64,000 nt of DNA from Candidatus Poribacteria bacterium. Lineage in GTDB: Bacteria; Poribacteria; WGA-4E; WGA-3G. The stretch is taken from positions 32,001 through 96,000 of the forward strand of contig OZ219750.1 of NCBI GenBank assembly GCA_964291315.2. The letters run 5' to 3'. This document shows positions 1 to 9,342 of the stretch, piece after piece; the stretch's first letter is position 1; every line of letters starts with the position of its first letter. A program made the translations under genes and the position numbers. The notes beneath the pieces are model-generated. The model saw only the letters and a program-made list of their open reading frames with translations. It was not told the DNA's origin and ran no database searches.

Positions 1-2
1 TA

Positions 3-374
3 CGACATACGGGCAGCAGACTTGATATGCATCTCATTTTCGCCTTCTTGGTCGCACTGCATATTTTCTTGCTAGTGAGACGGGTCCTTGCAACGGAGAA
101 TACACCACTCGGAATTGGGCCGTCCATGCCGTTCTTCTTGCTCGGATTGCTTGCTGTACAGTTGCTGCTGGGCACAGGGGCATTTTTCGCAAAACTGACC
201 CCTTTCGGTGAAACGTTCGCAGCCGGACTTACGGTAACAATCACCACAGCGCATGTCGCTGTCGGCGCACTGATGTTAGTTACCAGCTTTGTTCTTACAC
301 TAAAGATTTTCAGATTTACTGATGCCTCTGACTCGATTGATGCGCCTGCAAATGGGGCATTCGTTACGGAATGA
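3..374 (+). CDS. ctaA: Heme A synthase (COX15/CtaA), C-terminal part, 5'-truncated by window edge
   Basis: Frame is open from base 3. Hydrophobic helices with QLLLG and TTAHVAVGAL motifs; lies directly upstream of ctaB. Confidence 0.8.
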   Translation, partial: RHTGSRLDMHLIFAFLVALHIFLLVRRVLATENTPLGIGPSMPFFLLGLLAVQLLLGTGAFFAKLTPFGETFAAGLTVTITTAHVAVGALMLVTSFVLTLKIFRFTDASDSIDAPANGAFVTE

Positions 375-384
375 GATAACGTTT

Positions 385-1308
385 ATGCGTTCAACATCGG
401 CAACCTTATCAGAGAATAGAAACACAGCAGACCCACCGGTGAAGCCTACGGACTTCGTGCAGCGGGCAGCTGACGTGATTGAACTGGTTAAACCGCGCTT
501 AGTGGTGATGATACTCATTACCACGGCTGCCGGCTTCTATCTCGGGGCACGGACGGTGGATTGGCTTTTATGTCTCCATACGCTTATCGGGGCTGGATTG
601 ACAGCAGCGGGGGTGTTGGGACTTAATCAGTATCTTGAACGTGGTGTAGATGCCCGGATGAAACGCACCCAGGAAAGACCGCTCCCTGACGGTAGAATGA
701 AACCGTTGACTGCGCTGCTCGTTGCTGCTGCTCTTACAGGAAGTGGGATGCTTTATCTAACTTTTATTGTCAATATACTGAGCGGTTTCGTCATTTCACT
801 GATAGTTGTGAGTTATCTGTTTATCTATACACCGCTCAAGCGGAAAACCTCCCTGTGTACGCTCATCGGAGCAGTACCGGGTGCTCTTCCTCCTGTTGTT
901 GGATGGGCTGCAGCACGAGGTTCACTGACAAGCGAAGCATGGGTGCTGTTTACGATACTCTTTTTGTGGCAGCTGCCGCATTCGCTTGCGATCGCCTATC
1001 TCTATCGCGAAGACTATGCAAAAGCAGGATTTCAGCTGTTGCCGGTTATACACCCGGATGGTGCCAGCACATGCCGACAAATTGTAATTAATTGTATTGC
1101 CCTCCTCGGAATCGGACTGCTGCCTGCGTTATACAATATGGCGGGTAGCGTCTACTTCTTCATTGCACTAGTATCTGGTTCGGCATTTCTGGGAGTCGGT
1201 ATCTATTTGGCACGCACGCGTTCGGTGAAAGCTGCACGCTACCTGTTATACGCATCATTGGTCTATCTACCGTTGGTATTTATCACAATGGCATTGGATA
1301 AAATTTAA
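385..1308 (+). CDS. ctaB: Protoheme IX farnesyltransferase (heme O synthase)
   Basis: LVKPR, NQYLERGVDARMKRTQERPLP, YTPLKRKT, WQLPH and YREDY motifs of the UbiA/CyoE family. Start chosen at ATG 385. Confidence 0.95.
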   Translation: MRSTSATLSENRNTADPPVKPTDFVQRAADVIELVKPRLVVMILITTAAGFYLGARTVDWLLCLHTLIGAGLTAAGVLGLNQYLERGVDARMKRTQERPLPDGRMKPLTALLVAAALTGSGMLYLTFIVNILSGFVISLIVVSYLFIYTPLKRKTSLCTLIGAVPGALPPVVGWAAARGSLTSEAWVLFTILFLWQLPHSLAIAYLYREDYAKAGFQLLPVIHPDGASTCRQIVINCIALLGIGLLPALYNMAGSVYFFIALVSGSAFLGVGIYLARTRSVKAARYLLYASLVYLPLVFITMALDKI

Positions 1309-1321
1309 GAACGGGCATGAA

Positions 1322-1573
1322 ATGACCTTATTTCAAACCTTTTTCTCATTCAAAGGTCGAATTAACCGTAAAAAATGGTAGCTAGGAAAGTTGGCGGCTT
1401 CGGTTTTGATACGTATCCCCGGCGGTGTTTTGGCAGCAATAGATGGGAATTTGGAAGAATTAGAATCTATTATGTCTTTAATCTTGTATGGGTTAGTGTT
1501 AGGGTTTGCCCCTTTGCTTTTCTATCTAATAGAAAAGAATTTTGGTGAAGCCCTTTGGGGACAACCTACAAAT
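1322..1573 (+). pseudogene. Degenerate duplicate of the DUF805 N-terminus with an in-frame TAG
   Basis: ATG 1322 reads MTLFQTFFSFKGRINRKKW*LGKLAASVL. DNA at about 1335-1450 nearly repeats about 1589-1705, where the equivalent codon is TGG. Confidence 0.65.
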
Positions 1574-1951
1574 ATGAAGGTTTGCCTCAAAATCTTGTTC
1601 TCATTTCAAGGTCGAATTAACCGTAAAAAATGGTGGTTAGGAAAGTTGGCGGCTTCGGTTTTGATATTTATCGCTGGTGTTGTTTTGGCAGCAACAGATT
1701 GGGATGCAGCTTCGGAAACATTATCTTTTATCCACATTCATATTTTCTTTTTTCCTATTTTCATTCTTTGTTGGTGTGCCCATTGGGCGCTAGACGTAAA
1801 ACGCTGGCATGACCGAGACAAATTAGGTTGGTGGGCACTCATTGGATTGATCCCGATTATTGGTAGTACCTGGATACTTATCGAATTAGGATTTTGCAGA
1901 GGAACAGACGGGCGAAATTGTTTTGGACCTGATCCATTGGAGTATTCATGA
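1574..1951 (+). CDS. DUF805 inner-membrane protein
   Basis: FSFQGRINRKKWW, VKRWHDRDK, LIPIIG and GTDGRNCFGPDP are classic DUF805 motifs. Confidence 0.85.
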   Translation: MKVCLKILFSFQGRINRKKWWLGKLAASVLIFIAGVVLAATDWDAASETLSFIHIHIFFFPIFILCWCAHWALDVKRWHDRDKLGWWALIGLIPIIGSTWILIELGFCRGTDGRNCFGPDPLEYS

Positions 1952-2202
1952 ACGCACCGGAGCATCGCAAGCGAAATCGTCGCCTCGGACTTATCTTATG
2001 TCTGCTATTTGTGGGTCTGTTTATTGTCGCAACGTCGGCAATTATTACGGGTAGCAAAGTGCCTCCCGGGGTTGAAGAGGCGATAGATAGCGTTCGCACG
2101 CCTGTTCTGGGCATGATCGGTTTGCTGTTGGTTATTGTGGCGGCTATTGAGATTGTCCATCGCATTGTAAAAAGTCGAGTACGTAAAGATGGTGCAGAAT
2201 AA
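1948..2202 (+). CDS. Small two-TM membrane protein in the cox operon
   Basis: Basic N-terminus plus two hydrophobic segments; overlaps the neighbouring genes. Confidence 0.6.
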   Translation: MNAPEHRKRNRRLGLILCLLFVGLFIVATSAIITGSKVPPGVEEAIDSVRTPVLGMIGLLLVIVAAIEIVHRIVKSRVRKDGAE

Positions 2203-2779
2203 CACAGGAATTCGTGAACGTCCCCCTTTGAATAATGCACGATTGGGCGTATTAGTCCTACTCGGTGCGGAGACAATGTTGTTCTCGGGGCTCATCGGGA
2301 CATTTCTGGTGTTTCGGGTCGGAAATGTTACCTGGCCTCCGCCGTCGCATCTCGGAATTGAGCTTCCACGCGTTGTAACTGGCATCAATACCATGTTGCT
2401 TCTACTGAGCGGTTATACAATGTTACAAGCGCACCGTGCGATTCGCGAAGACAGGGTGAAACAGCTTCGCAGTTGGTTATTGGTCACGGGGATGCTTGGG
2501 TTTCTCTTTCTTGGTGTTCAAGGAAGCGAATGGGTGCAACTCATTCGCAATGGGCTCACGCTCCAATCGGGCGTGTATGGCGGTATCTTCTATGTCCTCA
2601 TTGGATGCCATGCCGTTCATGTATTGACTGCTGTTATATGGCTCTTTATAGTCTTCGGTATGGCAGTGGCGGGGCGTTTTTCTGCTGAGGGCTATATCGG
2701 GGTTGATACCTGTACAATCTACTGGATTTTTGTTGTTGCTCTGTGGCCAATTCTGTATGTGTTGGTATATCTTTTGTAA
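2189..2779 (+). CDS. Heme-copper oxidase subunit III family protein (paralog 1)
   Basis: LGAETMLFSGL, FYVLIGCHAVHV and YWIFVVALW motifs. Confidence 0.9.
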   Translation: MVQNNTGIRERPPLNNARLGVLVLLGAETMLFSGLIGTFLVFRVGNVTWPPPSHLGIELPRVVTGINTMLLLLSGYTMLQAHRAIREDRVKQLRSWLLVTGMLGFLFLGVQGSEWVQLIRNGLTLQSGVYGGIFYVLIGCHAVHVLTAVIWLFIVFGMAVAGRFSAEGYIGVDTCTIYWIFVVALWPILYVLVYLL

Positions 2780-2802
2780 ACATCATGAGGAGGAATCGTA
2801 AA

Positions 2803-3111
2803 ATGCCAAGATCATTTTGGTACAGCTTGCGAGTCAAAACTTGTTACGCAACTGTACTATGGACTTCGATCTGGATACTCGTCTTGCTTATCGTCCCGGT
2901 ATCTCTTGAGGCATGTCCGGGCTGTAAAGAGCTTGATGATCCTATCAATAAAGGTTTTAATTGGAGTATCCTTTTTATGATGGCAATGCCGTTTGCGGTT
3001 TTCAGTCTTGTGGGCGGCACAATTTTTTTACATTGGAACGGTTATCGGTTATCGGTCATTGGGGGTCAGTTGAAGAAAGGTTTTCTGCGCATCAGAAATT
3101 TTCGTAACTGA
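2803..3111 (+). CDS. Small exported/membrane CxxC protein of the cox cluster
   Basis: Signal-like stretch ending LEA-CPGCK, then a GFNWSILFMMAMPF TM helix; RBS GAGGAGG upstream of ATG 2803. Confidence 0.6.
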   Translation: MPRSFWYSLRVKTCYATVLWTSIWILVLLIVPVSLEACPGCKELDDPINKGFNWSILFMMAMPFAVFSLVGGTIFLHWNGYRLSVIGGQLKKGFLRIRNFRN

Positions 3112-3133
3112 TGTCTAACAAGAAATAAAGGAG

Positions 3134-3793
3134 TTGAATATAGTGGAACACGCTACCACTTTAGATCATACGGAAGACGTATACGAACCTTCGCTTACGC
3201 CGGACAGCATGGGCAAACTCGGCATGTGGATTTTTCTCGTCGGGGATACGATGTCGTTTGGTGCATTGTTGGCGGCTTATGCGGCGCTTCGGGCAGGTGC
3301 CGGTGTCATCGGATGGGTTCCACCCAATGCGATCCTCGGCATTGAGCTAACAGCGTTTATGACGTTTCTATTGATATGCAGCAGTGTCACGATGGTAAAA
3401 GCATTGGAGTCCATTCAGAACGGTAATGTTTCGCGTATGTGTACCTTCTTGGCGTTAACAATCGCAGGAGGGGTGATATTTCTCGGACTACAGGTTTATG
3501 AATGGTATCAGCTGATTGATCACGGATTGACACTTACAAGTATTCCTGATAAAGGATTATCAGATGAAGCAATTAGTGGGTCAACGCTTTTTGGTCCTAC
3601 TTTCTACACCATCACAGGTTTTCATGGGCTGCACGTAACTGGTGGAGTCATTTATCTTGCAGTTATCTTGATACACGGCTTACGCGGCAGGTATACGGCT
3701 GAGTTTAACCATGAAGTCGAAATCGTTGGGCTCTATTGGCACTTTGTTGACCTTATCTGGATTATGGTCTTCACTTTCATCTACCTATTGTAG
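3134..3793 (+). CDS. ctaE: Cytochrome c oxidase subunit III (paralog 2)
   Basis: KLGMWIFL, FYTITGFHGLHV and GLYWHFVDLIW motifs; TTG start after AAGGAG. Confidence 0.92.
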   Translation: MNIVEHATTLDHTEDVYEPSLTPDSMGKLGMWIFLVGDTMSFGALLAAYAALRAGAGVIGWVPPNAILGIELTAFMTFLLICSSVTMVKALESIQNGNVSRMCTFLALTIAGGVIFLGLQVYEWYQLIDHGLTLTSIPDKGLSDEAISGSTLFGPTFYTITGFHGLHVTGGVIYLAVILIHGLRGRYTAEFNHEVEIVGLYWHFVDLIWIMVFTFIYLL

Positions 3794-3805
3794 GAGGAGA
3801 TAAAA

Positions 3806-4141
3806 ATGGCGCAGGATGGACACAAAGAACATCCAAAATACATGAATATTTTCTGGTGGCTGCTGGGGCTCACCGTTGCTGAGGTGGTTGCTGTAATGCC
3901 TGATTACGCTACTGTCCTGAAGGCTATATTGCTTATCGGGTTTGCATGTGCGAAGGCGATCTTGGTTGCGAATTATTTTATGCATCTGAAATTTGAAAAG
4001 AAAATATTGGCGGTTATCGTGGTAACGCCTTTCCTTATCTGTGTGCTTCTTGTTTTGGCGTTGATGCCGGATCTCACCTCAGATGCACGACACGAAGGGA
4101 TAGAGAGACCTGCGGAAGTCGTTGATACATCGGTTCACTAA
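3806..4141 (+). CDS. ctaF: Prokaryotic cytochrome c oxidase subunit IV
   Basis: KAILVANYFMHLKFE motif. Confidence 0.88.
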   Translation: MAQDGHKEHPKYMNIFWWLLGLTVAEVVAVMPDYATVLKAILLIGFACAKAILVANYFMHLKFEKKILAVIVVTPFLICVLLVLALMPDLTSDARHEGIERPAEVVDTSVH

Positions 4142-4143
4142 TT

Positions 4144-4785
4144 ATGGAAGTACAAACCAGCGATGCGAATGAAGTTAAACGGAAACTTGACAAAAGTACG
4201 CTCATCTGGGTGATGCTCGGTGTTATTATTGTTAGTGTTGCAGGTATTAATTTATGGTCAGCGTTTGACACAAAACAAGATGTGACGGCGGTCGAAGAAA
4301 CACCTGTTAGCGTACCAGACTTTAGCCTCACTGACCAGCGCGGAGAACCTTTGACCCTGGCTGATATGGTTGGGAAAGTCTGGATTGCCGATTTTATCTT
4401 TACCCATTGTGCAACAATTTGTCCTGCGATGACACAGGAAATGGTACGCCTCCAATCCGAGTTTGTTGGGGAACCTGTCTATTTCGTCTCCTTCTCTGTG
4501 GACCCTGAGCGTGATACTGTGGAGGTGCTCTCGCGCTATGCCAGAGCATACGGTGCTGATGATAGACGCTGGCGCTTTCTCACTGGCGAGAAGGAGGATA
4601 TTCATACATTAGCAAAAGAAGGTTTTAGCTTGGCCTCCGGGCATAAAGGAGGTGAAATCTTACATAGTAGGCGGTTTGTACTCGTAAGCTCGGATGGACA
4701 CATCTATGGCCGCTACGATAGCCGTAGCAAACCGGCGATGTTACGCCTACGGCGTGATGTTAACACGCTCCTCGGTAAAGGATAG
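4144..4785 (+). CDS. SCO1/SenC copper chaperone
   Basis: N-terminal TM, FIFTHCATICP (CxxxC), SVDPERDT, conserved His (ILHS). Confidence 0.93.
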   Translation: MEVQTSDANEVKRKLDKSTLIWVMLGVIIVSVAGINLWSAFDTKQDVTAVEETPVSVPDFSLTDQRGEPLTLADMVGKVWIADFIFTHCATICPAMTQEMVRLQSEFVGEPVYFVSFSVDPERDTVEVLSRYARAYGADDRRWRFLTGEKEDIHTLAKEGFSLASGHKGGEILHSRRFVLVSSDGHIYGRYDSRSKPAMLRLRRDVNTLLGKG

Positions 4786-4787
4786 AC

Positions 4788-5051
4788 GTGAGCTTCATAA
4801 TTTCTGTTGCTGCTTTTTTCGTACATTTCCCGTTCGGTTTTTTTCGCGTCCGTTTCAAGAAATTAAGTCGCCCGTGGAGTCGGTGTATTTACATTCCAAT
4901 CGTGATCAATATTGTCGTTCGTCGTTTTGTTCTTGATTGGGGGTGGCAAATGTCCATGGTTTATCTATGGCCGGCAACGTTGATTGCTCATGTGCTTGGT
5001 GGTTTTCTCGGCACTCGGTATAAAAAACCCAAAGATTCAGAAGGAGATTGA
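4788..5051 (+). CDS. Small membrane protein, function unknown
   Basis: 87-aa ORF in operon; HFPFGFFR...KLSRPW...IPIVI pattern. Confidence 0.6.
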   Translation: MSFIISVAAFFVHFPFGFFRVRFKKLSRPWSRCIYIPIVINIVVRRFVLDWGWQMSMVYLWPATLIAHVLGGFLGTRYKKPKDSEGD

Positions 5052-5092
5052 GTTCTTTTCTCCTAATTCTAAAATAAAAAATGAGGAAAAAG

Positions 5093-6994
5093 ATGATCAA
5101 GAAAATTTACGTCCCTGTTGACAATTCGGACTACTCGGATGCCAGTATCGGTTTAGCCGTTGAGCTCGCCAGGAAGTTTGGATCCCAATTGGTGGGTTCA
5201 CACGTTTACGCCGCGAAAATGCACGATGTTCGTTTTAAACAGATGGAATACACATTACCGGAGGAGTACCAGGATGAAGTTGAACTCGAAAAACAGCGCC
5301 GAATTCACGATACACTCATCACCATGGGATTGCAGCTGATCTCTGATTCTTATTTGGAGGTTATGAAGCAGAAGTGCAGTGAATTTGAAATCCCGTTTGA
5401 GGCGAAGATGCCCGAAGGCAAGCACTATATCAAACTCGTTGAAGACATCAAGGCAAACGATTATGATTTCGTAATTATGGGGGCTCTGGGTATGGGGGCG
5501 GTCAAGGATAGCCTCATTGGTGGTGTCTGTGAGCGAGTCGTCCGGCGTATTAATACCGATACACTTGTTGTCCGCGATCTCGGTCCCCTTGAATCACATG
5601 ATGGAAATATCCTTGTAGGTATTGATGGAAGTCCTGAATCTTTCTCAGGTTTGAAAACGGCTATCCAGCTCGGAAAGATGTTCAACAAACGGGTGGAAGC
5701 TGTAGGTGTCTATGATCCTTATCTCCACTATATCGTTTTTAATTCCGTCGTCAATGTACTTACGGAACGTGCAGCGCGTACCTTCAGGTTTAAAGAACAG
5801 GAGCAGCTTCACGAAGAGGTGATTGATACGGGGTTGGCGAAAATCTATCAATCCCATCTGGAGGTGGCGCGGTCGATCGCAAAAGAAGATCACGACTACT
5901 CGTTAAAAATTACGCTACTTGATGGAAAAGCCTACGAAAAGATTTTACAATACGTCCGCAAGACAAATCCTTGGCTTCTGGTCTTGGGAAGGATTGGTGT
6001 TCACTGTGAAGAGGATGCGGACATCGGTAGCACCGCTGAGAACCTGTTACGCCTTGCGCCTTGTAACCTCCTATTAGTCAGTCAACGCTATTTTCCACAG
6101 GTTGATGTAAAGGCCGAGGAAACACTCGTCTGGACGCAAGAAGCGTTGGATAGAATGGAGAAAGCCCCGCCTTTGGTCCGTGGCATAGCTAAAACAGCCG
6201 TTCATAGATTTGCTATAGAACGTGGACATTCCGTCATTACTGAGAGCGTTATTGACATGGCGATGGAGGCGATTATGCCACAGCGGGCATCTGAGCGCCT
6301 GACTCGCGTTGCAAAAGAGATTGCAGAGCAGGAGGTACTTGCGTCGGATGCTGTCCAAACCTACATCTGTGGTGAATGTGGTTACGCTGCACACAACCAG
6401 CAGCCCGTGCAGTGTCCTGTCTGTGGTACAGCGCCGGAACGTTTCCAGATGGTGGATAAAAGTTCTCTCCAAAATATTGCTATAGACGAAGGGGGCACTG
6501 CACAAGAAGAGACGTTTGATGGGGTGCGGCTCCACTGGTCAGAGCAGTCGAAAAAAGCACTCCGGCGGGTTCCGCGCGGTTATATGCGCAGGAACGTCAA
6601 GGCACGGATCGAAAAATCCGCACGTTCCCAAAAAATTGGAACGATCACCAATGATTTCGTAACCGAGATTATTAACGAAAGCATGGGTGAAGCCGCGGCG
6701 GTTCGTGAAGATGCCTCCGAACTCAGAGCAGTACGAACACGAGCTACGAATGCCGAAAGCAGTGCTGAAGTCCGGCAAGGTTTCGAAAGCCCATTACAAT
6801 GGACTCAGGAAGCTATTGATCGTTTGAACCTTGTTCCTGCTGGATTCATGCGGAATATTACTCAAGCTCGGATTGAACAGCGGGCACAAGAGAACAATTT
6901 TACCGAAGTTACGCTCGATTTTGCCGCTCGTGTCATTGAAGACGGCAGAAGCCTTGCTAATGAAGTGCTTGGCCAGTACTATCAACAGTCTTAA
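5093..6994 (+). CDS. Multidomain protein: USP-USP-PCP_red-rubredoxin-like-PCP_red-PCP_red
   Basis: Two USP domains (IYVPVDNS...GALGMG; ILVGIDGS...GRIG...GST), three WxxEA..R..xP..R..... PCP_red-like units, and a CGECG...CPVCG metal site. Confidence 0.85.
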   Translation: MIKKIYVPVDNSDYSDASIGLAVELARKFGSQLVGSHVYAAKMHDVRFKQMEYTLPEEYQDEVELEKQRRIHDTLITMGLQLISDSYLEVMKQKCSEFEIPFEAKMPEGKHYIKLVEDIKANDYDFVIMGALGMGAVKDSLIGGVCERVVRRINTDTLVVRDLGPLESHDGNILVGIDGSPESFSGLKTAIQLGKMFNKRVEAVGVYDPYLHYIVFNSVVNVLTERAARTFRFKEQEQLHEEVIDTGLAKIYQSHLEVARSIAKEDHDYSLKITLLDGKAYEKILQYVRKTNPWLLVLGRIGVHCEEDADIGSTAENLLRLAPCNLLLVSQRYFPQVDVKAEETLVWTQEALDRMEKAPPLVRGIAKTAVHRFAIERGHSVITESVIDMAMEAIMPQRASERLTRVAKEIAEQEVLASDAVQTYICGECGYAAHNQQPVQCPVCGTAPERFQMVDKSSLQNIAIDEGGTAQEETFDGVRLHWSEQSKKALRRVPRGYMRRNVKARIEKSARSQKIGTITNDFVTEIINESMGEAAAVREDASELRAVRTRATNAESSAEVRQGFESPLQWTQEAIDRLNLVPAGFMRNITQARIEQRAQENNFTEVTLDFAARVIEDGRSLANEVLGQYYQQS

Positions 6995-7183
6995 GAATAA
7001 GCACTCATCATTCATCTGTTAGAAAATACCGATCCGGACTATTTTCATGCAATGATAATGCTAAAGAATTAATCGGGCGCAGTGGCAAGGTCATAATAGC
7101 GATTTATGAATAGACGAAAGTGGCTGAAACTTCACAGACGCGTGAGGTTGCAACGGTATCGACTGAAAAAACGGAGGGGTATC

Positions 7184-8455
7184 ATGCAGCAGTCCTTAAG
7201 AAATACGTTAACACTTTTACTCACAGTCTTTGTCTTAGGAGGTTCCGTGTCTGCTGACAATTGGCATCAGTGGCGTGGGCCAAACAATGACGGTATCAGT
7301 CAGACGGCCGATGCTCCTATTCATTGGAGTCCAACCGAAAATGTCCAATGGCGTTTGCCCCTGCCGGGTGAAGCTGGTTCCACGCCTGTCGTTTGGGAAG
7401 ACAAGATTTTTCTCACCTCAGCGGAAGGCGACGCGCTTGTTTTGATATGTATCAGCACCGAGGGTGAAGAGCTCTGGAGAAAAACTATAGCACATGGGAA
7501 CAGAGTTGTCCGTGGCGGTGAAGGCAATTCCGCCGCCCCGTCCCCTGTAACTGACGGTGAACACGTCTGGGCATTCTTCGGCACTGGAGATCTGGTCTGT
7601 TATGACTTTCAAGGGAATCAAGTTTGGCACACCAATATTGCGAAGCGTTACGGCAGTTTCAATCTCTATTTTGTCATGGCAAGCACGCCACTGATTGACA
7701 AAGACCGGCTTTACATGCACCTCATCCACAGTAACGCATGGCTTGTGCTTGCGCTTGACAAAATGACAGGAGAACAGGTATGGAAGCATAACCGTAAAAG
7801 CGATGCAACCGAGGAGTGTGAACACGCCTACACTTCCCCTATCCTTTACCGCGACACGGAGCGTGAATATCTCATTGTACATGGTGCGGATTATGTGACA
7901 GCACACAGTCTGAGGGACGGCAGCGAAATCTGGCGATGTGGTGATCTGAATCCTAAAGAAAGTTATAACTATAGTCTCCGGTTCGTTGCCTCTCCAGTTG
8001 TGACAGAAGGACTCATCGTAGTTCCTTCGGCAAAAAACGGTCCCGTCGTCGGTATAGATCCCGCTGCGCAAGGCGATATCACGAACGGTAAGTGGCAACG
8101 TTGGAAGCTGCAACAGGGCACCCCGGACGTACCTTCTCCACTTATCTATGACGGTTTAGTCTATCTCTGTCGGGAAAACGGAGACCTGATATGTCTTGAT
8201 GCTGAAACCGGAAAGCAGCTCTATCGGGAGCGGACGCATCGGCATCGGCACCGTGCCTCACCTATCTATGCGAATGGGCATATTTATCTGACCTCTCGGG
8301 ATGGTGTTATCAACGTTGTGAAAGCGGGGCGTGAGTTTGAACTCGTTGCCAGCAATTTCATGGATGAGGTTATCGCTTCATCTCCGGTTATCACTAATCA
8401 AGCGCTCTATCTACGGACGTATCAGGCACTCTACGCGATTGGTGGGACAGAATGA
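7184..8455 (+). CDS. Exported PQQ-like beta-propeller (BamB-like repeat) protein
   Basis: Signal peptide followed by DNWHQWRGP, repeated SP / G...W propeller motifs; RBS GGAGGGG before ATG 7184. Confidence 0.88.
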   Translation: MQQSLRNTLTLLLTVFVLGGSVSADNWHQWRGPNNDGISQTADAPIHWSPTENVQWRLPLPGEAGSTPVVWEDKIFLTSAEGDALVLICISTEGEELWRKTIAHGNRVVRGGEGNSAAPSPVTDGEHVWAFFGTGDLVCYDFQGNQVWHTNIAKRYGSFNLYFVMASTPLIDKDRLYMHLIHSNAWLVLALDKMTGEQVWKHNRKSDATEECEHAYTSPILYRDTEREYLIVHGADYVTAHSLRDGSEIWRCGDLNPKESYNYSLRFVASPVVTEGLIVVPSAKNGPVVGIDPAAQGDITNGKWQRWKLQQGTPDVPSPLIYDGLVYLCRENGDLICLDAETGKQLYRERTHRHRHRASPIYANGHIYLTSRDGVINVVKAGREFELVASNFMDEVIASSPVITNQALYLRTYQALYAIGGTE

Positions 8456-9342
8456 AGACTTACAAAGAGTTGCCAAACGATGCTGGTTCTAACATTGTCG
8501 GACAAGTGACGGCGCAATCAAACCGTCTCCAAAAGCGACTTGCCTCTGTTAAACACACAGTTGCAATTATGAGTGGCAAGGGCGGGGTTGGTAAAAGTAC
8601 GCTCACCGCAAACCTTGCTTCTGCGCTCACACTCAAGGGTAATGCTGTCGGAGTCGTTGATGCGGACATCAACGGGCCGACACTTGCTAAAATGATGGGT
8701 GTCCGTAACGCAGCGCTTGCATATTCACAGAGTGGTGTTAAACCTGCTGTTACTGCCCTCGGCACCCGGTTGATCTCCATGGATTTGCTCTTGGCGGCAG
8801 ACGATACTCCAGTGGTTTGGAATGCCCAAACCCAAAAGGACGCATTTACATGGCGCAGCACAATGGAAGTCGGGGCACTCAGAGAGTTCATCGCCGATAC
8901 TGAATGGGGGGAATTAGATTACCTCCTGCTTGATCTACCGCCCGGCACTGATCGACTGCCAAATGTTGTGGAATTGATTCCTAACCTCGGTGGTATCGTT
9001 GTCGTAACTATTCCATCTGGCGTTTCACAATTCATTGTCAAAAAATCAGTGACAATGGCGAGAGATATTCTTAAGGTTTCAATTATCGGTGTTATCGAAA
9101 ATATGACTGCCTATGTTTGTCAACATTGTGGTAAAGAGGAGTCTCTCTTTGCCACTGCAGAGCCCCTTGACAGTGCGTTCCAACAGGTTCTCCTCAGTCG
9201 GGTTCCGTTTGATCCACGGCTCACCCGTAGCAGCGACGGTGGAACTTCGTATCTTAATGAATACCCAAATACTCCTGTGAGCAAAGCACTTCTGCAGGTG
9301 GCTGAAAAGATTCAAGCATTTTTTGAAGGAGAGAAAAAATGA
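8452..9342 (+). CDS. mrp: Mrp/ApbC/NBP35 Fe-S cluster carrier ATPase
   Basis: SGKGGVGKS, DADINGP, DLPPGT and ENM...CQHC motifs. Confidence 0.93.
   Translation: MKTYKELPNDAGSNIVGQVTAQSNRLQKRLASVKHTVAIMSGKGGVGKSTLTANLASALTLKGNAVGVVDADINGPTLAKMMGVRNAALAYSQSGVKPAVTALGTRLISMDLLLAADDTPVVWNAQTQKDAFTWRSTMEVGALREFIADTEWGELDYLLLDLPPGTDRLPNVVELIPNLGGIVVVTIPSGVSQFIVKKSVTMARDILKVSIIGVIENMTAYVCQHCGKEESLFATAEPLDSAFQQVLLSRVPFDPRLTRSSDGGTSYLNEYPNTPVSKALLQVAEKIQAFFEGEKK

Noticed and set aside
1335-1705. Repeat pair as a DGR template/variable repeat
   Set aside because: Mismatches are not adenine-specific and there is no reverse transcriptase in the window.
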